The translations under genes and the position numbers were made by a program. Below, in pieces: positions 25,853-29,618 of a DNA stretch of 29,618 bases. The DNA comes from a virus (Duplodnaviria; Caudoviricetes): the IMG/VR virus record IMGVR_UViG_3300007956_000310, positions 1-29,618 of that record. One strand, written 5' to 3'. The notes beneath the pieces were generated by a model that made no database searches, was not told where the DNA came from, and saw only the letters and a list, made by a program, of their open reading frames with translations. Numbering within the stretch: the stretch's first letter is position 1; each line of letters opens with the position of its first letter.

Positions 25853-25879
25853 AGGGTGGTTAACGCCACCCTTTTTTTT
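25853..25879 (+). terminator. Intrinsic terminator
   Basis: AGGGTGG-TTAACG-CCACCCT followed by a T run. Confidence 0.85.
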
Positions 25880-25891
25880 AAAAATATTAAA

Positions 25892-26626
25892 ATGGCAATA
25901 AGTGTAAATAAAGTATATAAAACTGTATTACTTATACTAAACAAAGAACAAAGAGGTTATATGACACCTGAAGAGTTCAATAGAATAGGTACACAAGTCC
26001 AAAGAGAAATCTTTGAAAAGTATTTTGAGGATTTGAATCAATATACTAGAATGCCACAAACTGATGTGGATTACGCTAATAGGTTAATGAACCTAAATGA
26101 AAAGATGAACATATTTAAAAGAGATGGTAATGCTACTTATGTTCTTGCCGACAACAACTTTACTTTACCAACTGGTACTCATATAGTAGGATCTGTTACA
26201 TATGAAGATAAAAATAGGATGCCTGTTGAAATGCAAAGAGTAGATAGAGGAGAGTTTTACAATCTAAGATTATCTCCGCTAGTTACACCAAGCGAACAGT
26301 TTCCTATATATTTATTTGAAAACAATAAGCTTCAAGCATATCCAAATATTATAAACACCAAAGCAAATGCTGGCACAGCTAGCGTAGCTGTTCAGTATAT
26401 AAAAGTTCCAGAAGACATAAACTGGGCTTATACAGTAGGTAATCTTGGCCAGTTTATATTTAACGCCAATACGCCTCCTACTGTAGATTTTGAACTACAC
26501 AACTCTGAATTTACAGAAGTAGTTTTAGCTATACTAATGTATGCTGGTATAGTAATAAGAGATCCTCAAATAGTTCAAGCTGCATCAGGTCAATTACAAG
26601 CAGACAGAGCAAATCAAAAACAATAA
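25892..26626 (+). CDS. Putative head-tail adaptor / tail ring protein
   Basis: Start moved to ATG 25892 (MAISVNKVY); LNKEQRGYMTPEEFN, QYIKVPEDINW; positioned before tail genes. Confidence 0.6.
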   Translation: MAISVNKVYKTVLLILNKEQRGYMTPEEFNRIGTQVQREIFEKYFEDLNQYTRMPQTDVDYANRLMNLNEKMNIFKRDGNATYVLADNNFTLPTGTHIVGSVTYEDKNRMPVEMQRVDRGEFYNLRLSPLVTPSEQFPIYLFENNKLQAYPNIINTKANAGTASVAVQYIKVPEDINWAYTVGNLGQFIFNANTPPTVDFELHNSEFTEVVLAILMYAGIVIRDPQIVQAASGQLQADRANQKQ

Positions 26627-26629
26627 TAA

Positions 26630-27814
26630 ATGAGCTTAATTAATCAGACTAACGAAGAATATTATGCAGGAGAAAAAATGTTTGCAGTTACAGCAGCTCC
26701 TCAAACTGTTTTTACTTGCACATTTGAACCTAAATTAACTTTAGCTACGTCAACAGAGCCTGCTAACTTCGGTGTACAAGTAAGTACAGATAATGGTGTT
26801 ACTTTTAATGACTATGCTTTTAATATTTCAGTAGTTAATGACAACACTGTAAATCCTCCATATAATCAACAAACAATAACGCTTAGTGTAGCTGTTGCTA
26901 ACTCGCCAACAACATTAGTAAGAGTAGTATTAAAAGCCGGGGCGCTATGGAATAACTATGGAAGTTATGAATATGTTAAATTAAATGACATAGTAAATAA
27001 TTTTTTAGTAGCTTACACTGGTATTGGAAAACTAATACCACTGGTTAAAAGAACTGACGTTATATTTCATGCTAAAAGAGGATTACAAGAATTTAGCTAT
27101 GATACTTTAAACAGTATAAAAACTTTAGAATTAAATCTACCTCCAAGCAATTCTGTTATTATACCTCAAGATTATGTTAATTATGTTAGAATGTCTTTTG
27201 TTGATAACATGGGAGTATTACATCCAATATACCCAGCAAACAATTTAACAACTGACCCTACTTCTGTTCCACTACAAGCTAAAAACGGTGATTTTCTACA
27301 AGACATATATGGAGCTAACACAGAGGCTGATCAATCAATTACTAGAACAAGGTGGGAAAACTCTAATGATAACCTTATAAATGGAGCTTATGATGAGTAT
27401 TTCTACAATGCTAATGTTTATGACTGGAGTTGGAGAAAAGAAACTTATGGAAGAAGATATGGTTTAGATCCTGTTGTATCTCAAAGCAACGGATGGTTTA
27501 ACATAGACAAAAGAAAAAATGTAATATCTTTTTCTAGTGATTTAAAAGGTAGAATTATAATACTAGAATACATATCTGATGGTTTAGCTTCTGACTTAGA
27601 TACTAAAGTGCCAAAAATGGCAGAAGAAGCAATGTACATGCATATAGCTTATTCTATATTAGCAGGTAGATCAGGTGTTCAAGAATATATAGTTCAAAGA
27701 TTTAAAAGAGATAGATCAGCTCAACTTAGAAATGCTAAAATACGTTTAAGCAATATAAAGCCAAGTGAGATGATACAAACTATGAGAGGTAAATCTAAAT
27801 GGATAAAGCATTAA
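26630..27814 (+). CDS. Putative tail tubular/ring structural protein
   Basis: 394 aa; PQDYVNYVRMS, ILEYISDG, adaptor-like helical ends. Confidence 0.6.
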   Translation: MSLINQTNEEYYAGEKMFAVTAAPQTVFTCTFEPKLTLATSTEPANFGVQVSTDNGVTFNDYAFNISVVNDNTVNPPYNQQTITLSVAVANSPTTLVRVVLKAGALWNNYGSYEYVKLNDIVNNFLVAYTGIGKLIPLVKRTDVIFHAKRGLQEFSYDTLNSIKTLELNLPPSNSVIIPQDYVNYVRMSFVDNMGVLHPIYPANNLTTDPTSVPLQAKNGDFLQDIYGANTEADQSITRTRWENSNDNLINGAYDEYFYNANVYDWSWRKETYGRRYGLDPVVSQSNGWFNIDKRKNVISFSSDLKGRIIILEYISDGLASDLDTKVPKMAEEAMYMHIAYSILAGRSGVQEYIVQRFKRDRSAQLRNAKIRLSNIKPSEMIQTMRGKSKWIKH

Positions 27815-27815
27815 T

Positions 27816-29618
27816 ATGGCAGAAGTAAGAAATGTATTTGTCAAGTCTAAAATGAATAAAGACTTAGATGAAAGACTTTTACCCAACGGCGAATATAGAG
27901 ATGGTAGAAATATATCTGTAAATAAAAGCGAAGGACCAGATGAAGGAGTTGTTGAGAATATAATAGGAAATAATATATATTCTAATTTTGATTTTGGAGT
28001 AGGTGTAGAAATTATTGGTACTTATGTTGATACTGATAAAGATAGAATATTTATATTTGCTACTAACCACTCAGATGGATCACCCACTCAACTAGATGCT
28101 AGAGCTGTAAGTAACGTAGCAACAGTGTCAGGTAAACCGGGTAGTTCTATTTGTGTTATAGCATACATAGAAGGACCTACTGCTTCAAACAACAATACTC
28201 CAAATTTTGATAAACTTGTTGAAGGGGCTTTTTTAAATTTTTCAAAAACACATCCTATAACTGGTATAGATATGATAGAAGATCTATTGTTTTTTACAGA
28301 CGATAGAAATCAACCTAGAAAAATAAATGTAGAAACAGCTATTGGATCTTCTGCAACTAGCCCAGACCCTTATTACACAACAGAAGATCATATATCAGTA
28401 GCCAAGCTATCTCCTGTGTTTCCTATATCTTTTATACAAGGATCTGGATTAAATTCTACACCTGGTTTAATGGATGAAACTAGTGAATATTTACCAGCTA
28501 ATAGTATTAGTATTTTCAGCACCATCACAACACTAGGAGAACTTAATTTAGAAGAGCAAAATCCCCAATTAGATATTCCATCTAGATTTAAGAACATAAA
28601 CTTTCCAGAACTAGGATACTTTAAAGTTGTTAGTTTTGACAATTCTTTTCCTCCAAAAGTAGCTTTTCAATATCCTATAGGTTCAGATAATGATGGTCCT
28701 GAGTCAATGTCTGCAGCTAATAAAGCAGCTGCAACTTTTAAAGGTGGAACAAACGTCGCGCCTACTAGACCTCCATTTGAAACTAATGATGTACTTCAAT
28801 TTGAAAGAGAAAATCCTATTTACAATCAATCTTACTCAGGTGATAAAGATTATTTAAGAAATAAGTTTATTAGATTTAGTTATAGGTTTAAATTTGATGA
28901 TGGTGAGTTCTCTTTAATGGCACCTTTTACACAACATGCTTTTGTACCTAAGCAATATGGTTACTTCTTAGACAGTGCCTATGGAGATGATAAGTTAAAA
29001 AGAGATGAAAAAGATACTGCAGAAAGTGGTATAAATAAGTTAATGGAAAACCAGGTAACTTCAGCTGTTTTTAAGCTTGAATTACCGCATTTATGTAGTG
29101 CTGCAAATATTCAGTCTAGACTTGATACATTTAAAAAACAATTTAAAATAGAATCTATACAAATACTGTTAAAAGAGTCAGATGGCTTAGCTATAAAAGT
29201 TGTAGATGAAATTGAAATAGACCAAGCTGGTAGTTGGTACAAAAACCAAGGTCAGAGTGATAATGAAAAATTTTATGAGTACAATTATAAATCTGAAAAA
29301 CCTTTTAAAGTATTACCAGATGCAGACGCTACAAGAGTTCATGATAAAGTACCTATAAGAGCTCTAGCTCAAGCGGTTACTTCTAATAGAGTAGTTTATG
29401 GTAATTTTATAGAAAAACATGAGTCACCAAGCTTTATAGATTACGACATAAGTATAACTGATAAACCAGATAGTAGCTCTAGTTCTTTTGACCAAAAAGA
29501 ATATCCTAATCACACATTAAAACAAAATAGATCTTATAAAGTAGGAGTTGTTTTAGTTGATAGATATGGTAGATCATCAAACGTAATTTTAAGAAATCCA
29601 ACTAGATCTACATCGGCA
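27816..29618 (+). CDS. Tail nozzle/stabilisation protein (P22 gp10 / crAss muzzle-like), 5' part, runs off the window
   Basis: Manual translation MAEVRNVFVKSKMNKDLDERLLPNGEYRDGRN...FLNFSKTHPITG...LLFFTDDRNQPRKIN...RFSYRFKFDDGE...YKVGVVLVDRYGR; frame stays consistent to the window end; absent from the ORF track because there is no stop. Confidence 0.75.
   Translation, partial: MAEVRNVFVKSKMNKDLDERLLPNGEYRDGRNISVNKSEGPDEGVVENIIGNNIYSNFDFGVGVEIIGTYVDTDKDRIFIFATNHSDGSPTQLDARAVSNVATVSGKPGSSICVIAYIEGPTASNNNTPNFDKLVEGAFLNFSKTHPITGIDMIEDLLFFTDDRNQPRKINVETAIGSSATSPDPYYTTEDHISVAKLSPVFPISFIQGSGLNSTPGLMDETSEYLPANSISIFSTITTLGELNLEEQNPQLDIPSRFKNINFPELGYFKVVSFDNSFPPKVAFQYPIGSDNDGPESMSAANKAAATFKGGTNVAPTRPPFETNDVLQFERENPIYNQSYSGDKDYLRNKFIRFSYRFKFDDGEFSLMAPFTQHAFVPKQYGYFLDSAYGDDKLKRDEKDTAESGINKLMENQVTSAVFKLELPHLCSAANIQSRLDTFKKQFKIESIQILLKESDGLAIKVVDEIEIDQAGSWYKNQGQSDNEKFYEYNYKSEKPFKVLPDADATRVHDKVPIRALAQAVTSNRVVYGNFIEKHESPSFIDYDISITDKPDSSSSSFDQKEYPNHTLKQNRSYKVGVVLVDRYGRSSNVILRNPTRSTSA

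Noticed and set aside
8195-25891. Track start positions 8195, 9355, 10589 and 25856
   Set aside because: They overlap upstream genes or a terminator; downstream ATGs (8264, 9430, 10610, 25892) fit the gene packing and A-rich leaders better.
790-28642. All minus-strand ORFs in the track
   Set aside because: Each lies antisense to a well-supported + strand gene and has no recognisable motif; they are shadow ORFs.
1-29618. Stop-codon reassignment as in some crAss-like phages
   Set aside because: Long genes are intact under the standard code, and TAA, TGA and TAG all occur as plausible stops (TAG at 15344-15346).

Overview
AT-rich segment of a tailed dsDNA bacteriophage genome. All credible genes are on the + strand and tightly packed. 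The host is most likely a marine Bacteroidota (Flavobacteriia): leaders are A/T-rich with no Shine-Dalgarno, there are SprB-like and LamG domains, and the head/tail block is podovirus-type. In order, the window holds: an SprB-like repeat fibre/adhesin and a gp9/gp10-anchor protein; a phage groEL-groES chaperonin pair; a cluster of small, mostly basic proteins sharing 'F-K/N-L-K/R' and 'S/T-P-hydrophobic' motifs, interleaved with a lysis cassette (holin-like proteins, T7-type amidase) and an HExxH metallopeptidase; LamG lectin proteins; a second, tandem-domain GroES-like gene; terminase, portal, scaffold and major capsid protein; three probably paralogous capsid-adjacent genes separated by duplicated hairpins; and head-tail/tail proteins running off the right edge. 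Several real small genes and both edge genes are missing from the supplied ORF track and were read manually. The best candidate for an undescribed system is the motif-tagged cargo-protein cluster plus peptidase. All family assignments are from motif recognition, not database searches.
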